Below are positions 8,962 to 18,667 of a stretch of DNA of 64,000 nt, piece after piece. The translations under genes were made by a program, and so were the position numbers. Origin of the DNA: Euryarchaeota archaeon UBA28 (GTDB lineage Archaea > Thermoplasmatota > Poseidoniia > Poseidoniales > Thalassarchaeaceae). The stretch is taken from assembly GCA_002501605.1 (NCBI GenBank), contig DANW01000026.1, forward strand, positions 36,871-100,870, written 5' to 3'. The notes beneath the pieces were generated by a model. It worked only from the letters and a program-made list of their open reading frames with translations, did not search any database and was not told where the DNA came from. Within the stretch, counting starts at the first letter, position 1, and each line of letters opens with the position of its first letter.

Positions 8962-9930
8962 TCACAAAATCCTTGCTCCTTCGGAACCAAGCTTGGAAAC
9001 CAATGGCTTTCCACCTGCGATTTCTATGCATTCAGCGACCCTCCTGGGATGTCTGGTTAGTGAAACCATGCAACCACCACCACCCGCTCCAGTCAGCTTG
9101 GTACCCAGAGAATGATTTTCTACGGCTGAAATTAGGCTCTCAATTTCAGGACAACTCACACCAATGTTGCGGAGCTTTTCATGACAGGAGTTCATGGCGA
9201 AACCAACACTCTCCATATCTCCTTTAGAGAGCGAAGCTAGGCCTGACGACGTAATTTCACCAATGGCTCTGATGTCGTCCATTTTTTGAGGATCTCTTTC
9301 AATGAGTTCCGCCACTCCTGCAACCATCCTACCGGTGGGTGATCCAATCCCGGTAAACCCAAGCACTATCCAAGTATCGTCAACTTGCGGCAAAGACGCC
9401 CTGCAAATAGACCATGACCTGCTACCTTCTGGCGTTTCCAAAGTAGCATCGAAGACATGTTGAGTCCCCTTTACCCTCTCGCCAGAAACAACAACACACC
9501 CTCCAAGAGCGCTTGTGGCAGTATCAGTTGGGCTAGCCCTCCCTTTCTGGGCATTCGCCTCAGCTGAATGCCCAATCCTGGCGAGTGATATTAGGTCTAG
9601 TGGTTCATCTGGGTTGACAAGGTGATGTAGCGCTGCTCCCATTGAGTTGGACAGTGCGGCGGACGAACCAAGGCCGGCTGCAGAGAAAAGTCCGCTTTTG
9701 ATGTCTATCTTCAGTGGCCTCCCAGTGTAATCGAATATATCATCGATTATGTGAGAAATATGTGGGTGTCTGGACGGTTCAAAGGGCATCCCCTCCAAAA
9801 TCCAGCTGTTCGATTCTCTAATCGTAACTTCAACCCCGGCGTCTATTGAGACTGCAACTGCCGGTTGTCCGTATACAACCGCATGTTCTCCGAAAAGAAT
9901 ACACTTTCCCGGCGCAAACGCGGTCACCAT
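8962..9930 (-). CDS. mvk: Mevalonate kinase
   Basis: N-terminal PGKCILFGEHAVVYG and GHMP-kinase motifs GLGSSAA and KLTGAGGGGC. Confidence 0.9.
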   Translation of the reverse strand: MVTAFAPGKCILFGEHAVVYGQPAVAVSIDAGVEVTIRESNSWILEGMPFEPSRHPHISHIIDDIFDYTGRPLKIDIKSGLFSAAGLGSSAALSNSMGAALHHLVNPDEPLDLISLARIGHSAEANAQKGRASPTDTATSALGGCVVVSGERVKGTQHVFDATLETPEGSRSWSICRASLPQVDDTWIVLGFTGIGSPTGRMVAGVAELIERDPQKMDDIRAIGEITSSGLASLSKGDMESVGFAMNSCHEKLRNIGVSCPEIESLISAVENHSLGTKLTGAGGGGCMVSLTRHPRRVAECIEIAGGKPLVSKLGSEGARIL

Positions 9931-10006
9931 GTACTCCGCCTTCAGTCAAAGGAAATGAGGATTGGGATAACTTCTTTGTGAGAATTGAATAAACTCGGCG
10001 TAAATC

Positions 10007-11164
10007 TCAATTCACACTTAGAACATAATTTTTATTCTCCTCTCTACTTATTATGAGCCTCTGTATCTGACTCGTTCCACCGAATATCTGGTAAATTTTA
10101 GCTCCCCGCATCCTTCTGGCGGCTGGGAACTCCTCGGAATAGCCATATCCCCCAAAAATCTGAACGGCATCTGTAGTTACCTCCATCCCTATGTCTGCAG
10201 CAAACCTCTTTGCATGAGCGGACTCGAGGGTAGCCCTCCCGCCCGCATCCAGCTTCGATGCGGCTTTGTGGGCTAGTAGTCGGGCGCACTCTATCTTTGT
10301 ACTCATATCGGCAAGCATGAATGCGATTGATTGGTGTTCAAAGATGGATTTTCCAAAAGTCTCTCTCTCGTTAGCATAACGCCATGCTTCTTCCATCGCA
10401 CCTCTGGCGTTACCCAGAGCGTGCGCAGCCAACATTGGTCGTGACCGATCGAAGGATATCATAGCCTGCAACCAACCGTCCCCTTCTGTTCCAACGATAT
10501 TCTTCCTTGGAATCCTGACATTTCTAAACACCACTCCTCGGGTATCGGATGATCGTTGCCCCATCTTCTCCTCCTTTTTACCGACCTCTACTCCTTCCAT
10601 AGCCGATTCGACGATGAATCCACTCAGGGAATCGTGACCTTTGCCCTCTCCAGTTCTGGCAAGAACATAGAACCAATCAGCATATCCTGCACCTCCGATC
10701 CACATTTTTGACCCATTGAGTATGTAATTATCGCCGTCCAGGACGGCTGTCGTTTCTATTGATTTTACATCAGACCCACAACCTGGCTCAGTTACGCAAT
10801 AAGCAGAAATTTTTCCTTGACAAACCCTGCCCAGATACTCCTTCTTCTGTTCTTCGCTCCCTCCATATATCAGAGGGTGGCATGCTAACATGGTTACGCC
10901 AGTAATGGTAGCGAAACCAGGATCCCCTCTTCCCAGTTCCTCATTGATTATGGCTTCGTCCAAGAAGCTTAATCCAAGGCCTCCATACTCTACTGGTATG
11001 GTGCAGTTTAACAAACCCAAACTCCGAGCCTCATCAATCGCCTCTTTTGGGAATATCCCTTCGCGGTCCCATTTTTCCGCATTGGGTATAAGCTCCTCGT
11101 TCGCGAATTCTCTGGCTAGTTCCCTCATCATCTCTTGGTCTTCGCTTAGCTCAAACTCTACCAT
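10007..11164 (-). CDS. Acyl-CoA dehydrogenase (MCAD-like) with non-canonical catalytic-base position
   Basis: CVTEPGCGSDV, FGKSIFEHQSIAFMLADM, and a C-terminal AKIYQIFGGTSQIQRLIISRE that closely resembles the MCAD tail IYQIYEGTSQIQRLI. Confidence 0.9.
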   Translation of the reverse strand: MVEFELSEDQEMMRELAREFANEELIPNAEKWDREGIFPKEAIDEARSLGLLNCTIPVEYGGLGLSFLDEAIINEELGRGDPGFATITGVTMLACHPLIYGGSEEQKKEYLGRVCQGKISAYCVTEPGCGSDVKSIETTAVLDGDNYILNGSKMWIGGAGYADWFYVLARTGEGKGHDSLSGFIVESAMEGVEVGKKEEKMGQRSSDTRGVVFRNVRIPRKNIVGTEGDGWLQAMISFDRSRPMLAAHALGNARGAMEEAWRYANERETFGKSIFEHQSIAFMLADMSTKIECARLLAHKAASKLDAGGRATLESAHAKRFAADIGMEVTTDAVQIFGGYGYSEEFPAARRMRGAKIYQIFGGTSQIQRLIISREENKNYVLSVN

Positions 11165-11347
11165 GGGAGGCTACTATCGGATAAGCTATTAATCAATACT
11201 CTCGAACTTTCAGAATAGATAACTTCTCAGCTTCCACCCTAAGTCGACTTTTCCAACCTCTGAGGAACAGATTGGGGGTTTCATTCAAGCGTCCTGACCT
11301 CTTCGGTGACTATGTCTGGGGGTGTGTGCCCAGACGCGTGATTTGTT

Positions 11348-13390
11348 ATGGAGCATCCACTTTTACAGTCGTATGGCCCATTGGAGGGTTGGCACATATT
11401 GCTGGCAATCGGGGTAATCTCTATTGGTTTCTTCACTTATCAGGTTCAGAAGGCAACTAGATTGGTCATGTTGGGTTCCCCCGACAGTAGGTTTGACTCC
11501 TGGAGTGTCAGAATTAGTGAGTTCATCTCAGGATGGCTGTTCCAAAAGAAAGTCCTCAGAGACAAGATTGCAGGGATAATGCATGTTCTGATGTTCTGGG
11601 GGTTCCTTATGCTATCGACGGACATGTTCGATTTAGCAACTGCAAATGCATTTTCCGAGAAGGTTCTTCCAGAAATCCTAGTTGGTCCTTGGAATGGGAT
11701 GGTTGAGCTGGGATACTTTATGGCTCTGATTGGGTGTGTTAGTGCGCTAACTCGTAGAGTAGTCTTCACCCCGGAGAAACTCAAGGGAAAGTCCCAGCTT
11801 GAGGGCAATGCCATACTGTTGCTAATATTCACGATTACCACGACCTCATTCATGGTTGAGTCCGCCGAGTCACCAAGTGCTTTTTGGGAACCAATAGGTT
11901 ATTGGTTTTCGGAACGAGGCCTTTCAGAACAGACAGTAATACTATCATACTGGGCTCATATGCTGGCAATCTCAGTTTTTCTTTTCTTGATCCCACTGTC
12001 AAAACACATGCACCTAGTTATGGCTGTTCCTAACGTCTTCTTTCATGACGCCGGACCAATGGCGAGAATGAGGCCATTAGCACTTGGAGATGATGGCAAG
12101 GCAGTTCCTTTGGAAGATCTAGATATAGACTCCTTCGGCGTTAGTACGTACAATCAGTATTCATGGAGGCAACTAATCGACGGATGGTCATGTACGTCAT
12201 GTGCTAGGTGTCAGGATGTTTGTCCCGCATATGCATCAGGAAAGGGACTCAATCCTATGCAGGTTATTCACGATGTCAGAAACTACGCGAATGAGCACGC
12301 CCCGATCCTCCTTTCAGGAAACCAGCCCGATGAAACAATCCTCGAGAGGATTACGGAAGAAGCTGTATGGGCATGCACAACCTGCAACGCATGCGTGGAC
12401 GTCTGTCCACTGTATATTGAACACGTTCCAAAGCTCACAGATCTTAGGAGAAATGCCATGATGGAAACCATGGAATATCCAGAAGTCCTTAACACTGCCA
12501 TGGGTAATATAGAGTCTGCATCCAACCCATATGGCTTTGGGGCGCATGAGAGGGCAGATTGGGCCTCTGACTTGGGAGTGAAAATTGGCGAGCCAGCAGA
12601 GTATATTTACTTCGTTGGTTGTGCGGCAAGCTTCGACGAAAGGAACCAGAAAGTAGCGAGGTCGACTATATCCCTCCTAAAAGAAGCAGGACTTGATGTG
12701 GGGATTCTTGGTATGCAAGAAGGATGCTCTGGAGATCCAGCTAGAAGAGCTGGCAATGAGTACCTTTTCCAGATGTTGGCGGAGACAAATATGTCGACGT
12801 TTCAAGAATTAGGTGTCAAGAGAATTGTGGCTTCATGCCCCCATTGTTTCCACACGTTAGGGAAGGAGTATGGAGACTTTGGTGGAGATGACTTGGAGGT
12901 ATTTCATCACTCTGAAATCATAGCGAAGTTGCAAAAGGAGGGGAAGCTCCCAGAGGCCGAAAAAAACGGAAGGTCAATCACTTTCCATGATCCATGCTAT
13001 TTGGGAAGAATTGGAGATATCTTGGATGCCCCAAGATCGGTGATTGGCGGGGTCGACAAAGAAACTGAGAGGCATGGCAAGGACTCATTCTGCTGTGGCG
13101 CAGGAGGGGCCCAAATGTGGATGGAGGAAGATGCTGACAAGAGAGTAAACGAGATTCGAGCAGCAGAGATTGCAGAGACTGGTTGCGACACTGTAGCTGT
13201 AGGCTGTCCTTTCTGCTCTGTAATGGTAAAGGATGGCTTAGATGCTGTTGGAGCCGACATGGAGGTCCTTGATGTGGCCGAACTACTCTGGGAGCAGATC
13301 GTGGCTAGGGATTTGGAGATTCACGACAAGACCAAAAACAGAACAGGAAAAGCCAGAATTTGGAAATCATCACTATCAGACCTAGTTTGA
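11348..13390 (+). CDS. Membrane-anchored Fe-S oxidoreductase (NarI/DsrM-like TM domain fused to an HdrD/DsrK/GlcF-like 2x[4Fe-4S] plus 2xCCG module)
   Basis: About 240 aa with 5-6 TM helices. Two ferredoxin motifs (CTSCARCQDVCP and CTTCNACVDVCP), then cysteine-rich CCG-type segments (VGCAASF, SCPHCF, FCCGAGG, GCPFCS). Confidence 0.8.
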   Translation: MEHPLLQSYGPLEGWHILLAIGVISIGFFTYQVQKATRLVMLGSPDSRFDSWSVRISEFISGWLFQKKVLRDKIAGIMHVLMFWGFLMLSTDMFDLATANAFSEKVLPEILVGPWNGMVELGYFMALIGCVSALTRRVVFTPEKLKGKSQLEGNAILLLIFTITTTSFMVESAESPSAFWEPIGYWFSERGLSEQTVILSYWAHMLAISVFLFLIPLSKHMHLVMAVPNVFFHDAGPMARMRPLALGDDGKAVPLEDLDIDSFGVSTYNQYSWRQLIDGWSCTSCARCQDVCPAYASGKGLNPMQVIHDVRNYANEHAPILLSGNQPDETILERITEEAVWACTTCNACVDVCPLYIEHVPKLTDLRRNAMMETMEYPEVLNTAMGNIESASNPYGFGAHERADWASDLGVKIGEPAEYIYFVGCAASFDERNQKVARSTISLLKEAGLDVGILGMQEGCSGDPARRAGNEYLFQMLAETNMSTFQELGVKRIVASCPHCFHTLGKEYGDFGGDDLEVFHHSEIIAKLQKEGKLPEAEKNGRSITFHDPCYLGRIGDILDAPRSVIGGVDKETERHGKDSFCCGAGGAQMWMEEDADKRVNEIRAAEIAETGCDTVAVGCPFCSVMVKDGLDAVGADMEVLDVAELLWEQIVARDLEIHDKTKNRTGKARIWKSSLSDLV

Positions 13391-13455
13391 TTAGACTTCA
13401 TTTTCCCGGGACTGAATACAGAGAACGTCATAAGTAATACCATCTAGCGCTAGTC

Positions 13456-13854
13456 ATGGAAGATGTGTTCTCATTCTTTGGAAGGTCTGTTCCCGATTTG
13501 GCTAAAATGTTCGGCTCCATACTCGCAATCTTTGGTATTATAGTATACATCTTATCAGGTCAATCCTCGATTACTGCTATGATTCCATCGTTCATGGGAG
13601 TTCCCCTTTTGATTCTGGGAATACTATCAGAAAGGATGCCAGACAAGCGTCATCACCTCATGCACGGATCAATGGTTCTGGCACTACTTATGGTTGTCAT
13701 GCCAATCGCAATGGTCGTAGCGATGGGAGCTCCCGACTCCAACCTAACTATCGCCTCATTATTCACTCTAGCAACAATTGGCTCTATTTTCCTGGTTGCT
13801 GGCATCAAATCATTCAGGCATGCCCGTAAGCTAAGGGAATCTTCGGGTGTTTAA
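13456..13854 (+). CDS. Hypothetical integral membrane protein
   Basis: 132 aa with four hydrophobic helices. Directly abuts the next gene. Confidence 0.55.
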   Translation: MEDVFSFFGRSVPDLAKMFGSILAIFGIIVYILSGQSSITAMIPSFMGVPLLILGILSERMPDKRHHLMHGSMVLALLMVVMPIAMVVAMGAPDSNLTIASLFTLATIGSIFLVAGIKSFRHARKLRESSGV

Positions 13855-14544
13855 TTGAAGCCAATAATCGGCGTAACCTGCTTTATGCGTGAAACAGTCT
13901 ACGGTAATTGGCACAGACATGCGGCAATTCTTCCATCAGCATACGTTTCCATGATAGAAATGGCAGGGGGTATTCCCATGATTATCCCTCCAGCTAACGA
14001 TACTACGAGGCTATTGGATATGATTGACGGATTGATTGTTTCCGGTGGGCCCGACATATCTCCAGCTCTTTACAACCAGAAAGCGGGTCCAATGACAGTG
14101 GAATTTTATCCCAAACAAGATGAAACAGAAATAGCCCTAATTTCAGAGGCATTGGAAAGAGATATGCCATTGTTAGGGGTTTGCCGGGGGATGCAAATTC
14201 TCAGCATCGTACATGGAGGCAGTCTCCATCAGCACTTAGATGACACCCCGGGCCATGAGGGGCACGGAGGATATGACGGAATCTCTACGGACCACTCTGT
14301 GATTGCAAAGGAGGGTTCCTTGCTCGAGAAGATAATGGGGGGATCATTTCTCGTAAACTCCACTCATCATCAAGGTGTCGCAGAACCCGGAAAATTGTCA
14401 ATATCAGCCGTCGCACAACATGACGGTTTAATCGAGGCAGTAGAAAGAATCGATAAGAAATTCTGTATTGGTGTTCAATGGCATCCTGAGCGCAACGGGC
14501 ATGAACAACTGTTCTCGGCACTCGTTGAGGCTGCGAGAGGTTGA
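13855..14544 (+). CDS. Gamma-glutamyl hydrolase-type class I glutamine amidotransferase (peptidase C26 family)
   Basis: LLGVCRGMQIL, NSTHHQGV and GVQWHPE motifs. TTG start. Confidence 0.85.
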   Translation: MKPIIGVTCFMRETVYGNWHRHAAILPSAYVSMIEMAGGIPMIIPPANDTTRLLDMIDGLIVSGGPDISPALYNQKAGPMTVEFYPKQDETEIALISEALERDMPLLGVCRGMQILSIVHGGSLHQHLDDTPGHEGHGGYDGISTDHSVIAKEGSLLEKIMGGSFLVNSTHHQGVAEPGKLSISAVAQHDGLIEAVERIDKKFCIGVQWHPERNGHEQLFSALVEAARG

Positions 14545-14570
14545 TGACGGTCGGCCCACTAGAAGGGGTA

Positions 14571-16013
14571 ATGACGCTCAGGGTTTACGATACCAGGTCT
14601 CGTTCGAAGAGGGTTTTCACCCCCTTAGAAGAAGGCAAAATTGGAATCTACGCATGCGGTATTACCCCTTATTCCCCGAGTCACATAGGACATGCTAGGC
14701 AGGCAATAGCATTCGACATAATCGTTAGGTGGCTAAGAAAGAGTGGCTATGATGTAAATTACATCTCGAATTTTACAGATATTGATGACAAGATAATCTC
14801 TGTTTCAGAGAAAGAAGGAGTGGATTTCTTGGTGGTAGCTAACAGAAACATAGAAGATTATTTCACTGTAATGGATAAATTGAATGTGATTAGGGCCGAC
14901 AGCTATCCCCGAGTCACAGAGACCATACCAGAGATAATAGAAATGATTGAGGAATTGATAAGAAAGAATCATGCCTATGTTTCTGTTGATGGGGTCTATT
15001 TTGAGATAGATACCGCTCCAGAAAAATATGGCCAATTAACGGGACAGACTCTTGAAATGGTCAGAAAAGGAGCCGGAGGAAGGGTTGGTAAATCTGGGAC
15101 AGGAAAGAGGGATCATCGAGATTTCGCGTTATGGAAGGCGGCAAAAGAGGGAGAGCCCAGCTGGGATAGTCCATGGGGTTCGGGAAGGCCTGGTTGGCAT
15201 ATAGAGTGCTCTGCGATGTCGTTGAAACACCTCGGGGAGAGATTCGACATACATGGAGGGGGGTCCGATCTGCTATTCCCTCACCATGAAGCGGAGATAT
15301 TCCAATCCGAATGTTGCCTCGGACATGATCCAGTAGTCCAGTATTGGTTGCACAATGGCATGATAAATGTCGATGGAGAAAAGATGAGTAAATCCGATGG
15401 TAATTTCTGGACTGTCAAGGATGCGCTTGTGTCAATCGATCCATTGGTCCTAAGGTATGCATTAATCAATGCCCCGTATAGGCAACCAATAGACTTCAAT
15501 GCTGTGATGATCGAAGACTCAACAACTCACTATGGCCGTCTAATTTCCTCATACTCAAAGGCTCTCCACCTCTCGCATGGAGAGCATAGTAGCTACCATG
15601 ATATTGAGTCCTTATCTCATTCTTCTGAGAGGGTAACTAATGGGATGAATGATGATTTCAATACTAGAACGGCCCTTGTTGAAATCCAGGCTGTTGTCAA
15701 GGAGCTTTCCTCACTTCTTCAGTCTAATTCTAGAGAGTCGGAGGTTATCGGTGGATATGTTTCGTGGTTGGAGGAATTCGCAGGGGAAGTATTGGGGATT
15801 TTGCCCCCAAGGAATGAGGCATTAGAGTCCTATGGACGTAAGCTTTCCAGAAGATCCGAAATTGAACCTGAGGTTAGTAAGCTTCTGGAGATGAGGGATA
15901 ATGCAAGGGCATCAAAGGATTGGTCTGAGTCAGATAGAATCAGAGACGAGCTCAATGAGATGGGGGTAATAGTTGAAGACAGCCCCGAGGGAACAACATG
16001 GCGGATTATCTGA
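14571..16013 (+). CDS. cysS: Cysteine--tRNA ligase
   Basis: HIGHAR (HIGH) and KMSKSDGN (KMSKS) class I motifs, plus the WHIECS zinc-site region. Start placed at ATG 14571 (MTLRVYDT..); 14541/14544 are possible. Confidence 0.92.
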   Translation: MTLRVYDTRSRSKRVFTPLEEGKIGIYACGITPYSPSHIGHARQAIAFDIIVRWLRKSGYDVNYISNFTDIDDKIISVSEKEGVDFLVVANRNIEDYFTVMDKLNVIRADSYPRVTETIPEIIEMIEELIRKNHAYVSVDGVYFEIDTAPEKYGQLTGQTLEMVRKGAGGRVGKSGTGKRDHRDFALWKAAKEGEPSWDSPWGSGRPGWHIECSAMSLKHLGERFDIHGGGSDLLFPHHEAEIFQSECCLGHDPVVQYWLHNGMINVDGEKMSKSDGNFWTVKDALVSIDPLVLRYALINAPYRQPIDFNAVMIEDSTTHYGRLISSYSKALHLSHGEHSSYHDIESLSHSSERVTNGMNDDFNTRTALVEIQAVVKELSSLLQSNSRESEVIGGYVSWLEEFAGEVLGILPPRNEALESYGRKLSRRSEIEPEVSKLLEMRDNARASKDWSESDRIRDELNEMGVIVEDSPEGTTWRII

Positions 16014-16028
16014 GACAGAATGCCCAAA

Positions 16029-18578
16029 TCACTCTTCTTCTCTACTCAACAGATTGAAATTTCCTCGATTCAGGACCGCCAAAAATCCTATGATTAGAAT
16101 AATTCCGATGGTCGCCTGTATTACAAAACCGTCCCCACTTGAATCGCCTTCTCCGACATCTCCATCCTGTCCGGAATCTATGAATGAAGTATACTGAATG
16201 TACTCGACATTGTGTCTACATTCAACTTCTGCAGGATAATCCCCAGCATCTGTACAAATTCTTCCGGGTACTGTGAAGGATTTCGATACTTCAAGCTGAC
16301 AGAACATTGTTAATCCTGAAACAATACAATCTTCTGATTCCTCCATGACTACTAGTATGGAGCCACAAAGGAGCTTCTGCCCTTCTCTTTCCACTAGGGA
16401 CGGATGCTCTGAAAGACATTCTTCGAGATGCACACCTTCCTCTAGAGTTGTAATGTGGGGGACGTATCCGCCTCTAGGGCCATAACTGCCGAAAAAGTCA
16501 GGCAGAGTTGGACGACTGACAACCACGGGCCCGTCACCATCGGAGATATTTGTCGCTATGGGGTCGGCCCCTCCTACTGTACCGCCAATTCTATGACCCT
16601 CTACATCAAGCTCTATATCATAGAATTCAGACCATAAATCAATATTCCTTCCGTTCTGAAAAGAAGGAGTCCTATTCAGAACATCGAAGTATCTATCGTC
16701 CCCCATTGTGAAGAGGTATTCAATAGGAACGTCCTTGCCATCGTTGCAACCACTTAGATAGTCCATCATTTCTGAGTAAGATTGCTGAGCCTCAGGTACG
16801 CCTTCGTAAGTTATGTCAATCGCTTTCGAAAAACCATCTCCATGGATTATCTCTGTCTCATCATCCAAAGCCTGCATTATGTCCACATCTCCAAAAACAG
16901 GGAGTCCGCCGACAACAACCAATCTGACATCAGGGTCCACCGCCTCAATCACATTTCTGTATGGATCCGCCTCAAATGTGTCCAATACGACGAGGTCGGC
17001 AGCGAGGCCCTCTCTAATCCTGCCAGTATATTCCGACCAACCAATTGCATCAACTATGTTAGTAGTAATTGTCTGAACCAACTCAAAATCTGTGAATATG
17101 TCCCCAAGTACGTTCCTGTCCCACCAATCGGCTGTTTTCAGCTCATGCATGGAGCTCTTTGAGCCAGATGGAGACCAATCCGGTCCAATCATGATGTTAA
17201 CTCCCTCCGCCTTTGCAGTTGCTATATCCGTGGTTTCTCCATATAGCAGAAGGTTGGAGGTGGGAGACCATGCAAGGCTTCCCCCGACAGAGCCCAATGC
17301 TGAGAATTCAGTCTGAGTCAATCCCGTCCCATGAATTATCACTATCTCCCCAACGAGAAGGTTATTTTCAACAAGAATATCAAATTCCGCTCTGCTTGAC
17401 TCATCGATTCCCTCGGCGAGATGGATGAACCATGCATTTAGGCTCCCAGATGAATTTCTGTCCTTGATGTGGTTGCCTTCATACTCTGATTCCAACTCTG
17501 TTACCTTTGTCCATATCCCATCTCCACCGAAATTGTAGAGCTCTATGTTTCTCGCAAGCATTGTCTCAAATGTGTCCGTATTTCGATTTGCACTTCCTTG
17601 CAAGGCGGTATTGCCCCCTGCTATAGCTCTTAATTCAGCAAACCTCATCGCAGACGAATCTTCAATAGAGCAACCAATATCTTTGGCATCACTGTATCCT
17701 GAATAAGATTGCCACTGATATCTATTTTCCCACCCATCAGTTCCATGGTCCCAGAGTGGGATCAAATTGTACTTTGCATGATTGTGCGGATCTATAAAAC
17801 CCGGGTAAATAGTCCCACTTGTGGGAATTGATACCACTCCTGCCGCCGATTCTGGATCTGGTTCAGAGGAGCTCCAAATTTCCTGAATCATTCCATCAAC
17901 AATCAGTATCCTTCCATCGTCTATGACGTCATTTTGTGACTCCATGGTCACAATCCTTCCCTCTAAGATGTACTCCCCACTGTGGATATTATCCTCTTCT
18001 GGCTGTTGAGGATAACAGCTCCCCATTAAGTGATTGACACCTACCCATTCTTGATTATTAGGACCTCCTGGGGTTGGACTTTGGTCAGAGAGCTTTGACC
18101 AGCTACCATTAGCAGCGTATCCGTAGGGTATGCCGTAGTCCGAGTCTTCAGCATCGTAGCTTACAGAATCTATTTCAGCACCGTCTTGATTAGTGATTCT
18201 GACTGTATCTCCTTCCCAGTAATTGAATTCGATCTGTGTCTGAGCCCTGTAGAATACCACATATGATCCAGGTTCTATGACAGTCCCCCAGGCAATGCTG
18301 CACATCGGCGAACCGCCATTCTCCAAGTCATCTATCCACCACCCCCCTATGTCTATTGCAGAATCAGTGGGGTTGTGCAATTCTAAGAACTGATTAGAGA
18401 ACCTCCCAATTTCTCCATCTCCATTCCAGTCTATGCCTCCATACTCCTCACTATTTGGGGATACGTATATTTCGTTGATAATGACTGAATCACCAGCTCC
18501 TTGCGCTGAAGTAGTGATAATCGGCGATGATACCACTAGAATCATCAAAGCAGTCACGACAACTGACCCGGCGCGCAT
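16029..18578 (-). CDS. Secreted, C-terminally anchored lamin-tail-domain (LTD) plus metal-dependent amidohydrolase fusion protein
   Basis: Signal MRAGSVVVTALMILVVSSPIITTSAQG. LTD signature VIINEIYVSPNS...FLELHNPTDSAIDIGGW. Amidohydrolase PGFIDPHNHAKYN (HxH) and ..IHLAEG... C-terminal TM IQATIGIILIIGFLAVL. Start set at ATG 18578. Confidence 0.75.
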   Translation of the reverse strand: MRAGSVVVTALMILVVSSPIITTSAQGAGDSVIINEIYVSPNSEEYGGIDWNGDGEIGRFSNQFLELHNPTDSAIDIGGWWIDDLENGGSPMCSIAWGTVIEPGSYVVFYRAQTQIEFNYWEGDTVRITNQDGAEIDSVSYDAEDSDYGIPYGYAANGSWSKLSDQSPTPGGPNNQEWVGVNHLMGSCYPQQPEEDNIHSGEYILEGRIVTMESQNDVIDDGRILIVDGMIQEIWSSSEPDPESAAGVVSIPTSGTIYPGFIDPHNHAKYNLIPLWDHGTDGWENRYQWQSYSGYSDAKDIGCSIEDSSAMRFAELRAIAGGNTALQGSANRNTDTFETMLARNIELYNFGGDGIWTKVTELESEYEGNHIKDRNSSGSLNAWFIHLAEGIDESSRAEFDILVENNLLVGEIVIIHGTGLTQTEFSALGSVGGSLAWSPTSNLLLYGETTDIATAKAEGVNIMIGPDWSPSGSKSSMHELKTADWWDRNVLGDIFTDFELVQTITTNIVDAIGWSEYTGRIREGLAADLVVLDTFEADPYRNVIEAVDPDVRLVVVGGLPVFGDVDIMQALDDETEIIHGDGFSKAIDITYEGVPEAQQSYSEMMDYLSGCNDGKDVPIEYLFTMGDDRYFDVLNRTPSFQNGRNIDLWSEFYDIELDVEGHRIGGTVGGADPIATNISDGDGPVVVSRPTLPDFFGSYGPRGGYVPHITTLEEGVHLEECLSEHPSLVEREGQKLLCGSILVVMEESEDCIVSGLTMFCQLEVSKSFTVPGRICTDAGDYPAEVECRHNVEYIQYTSFIDSGQDGDVGEGDSSGDGFVIQATIGIILIIGFLAVLNRGNFNLLSREEE

Positions 18579-18667
18579 AATATCCCGACATAATGATATG
18601 ACTTCAACCCAACTATGCAAGAGCATTGAGTGCGAAGTGCGAAATAGCACTATTTCTGCCCATACAC

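Noticed and set aside
13444-13453. Palindrome CTAGCGCTAG 2 nt upstream of the start of the 13456 membrane protein.
   Set aside because: A 10-bp palindrome built from two CTAG half-sites is short enough to occur by chance. There is no second copy or supporting context.
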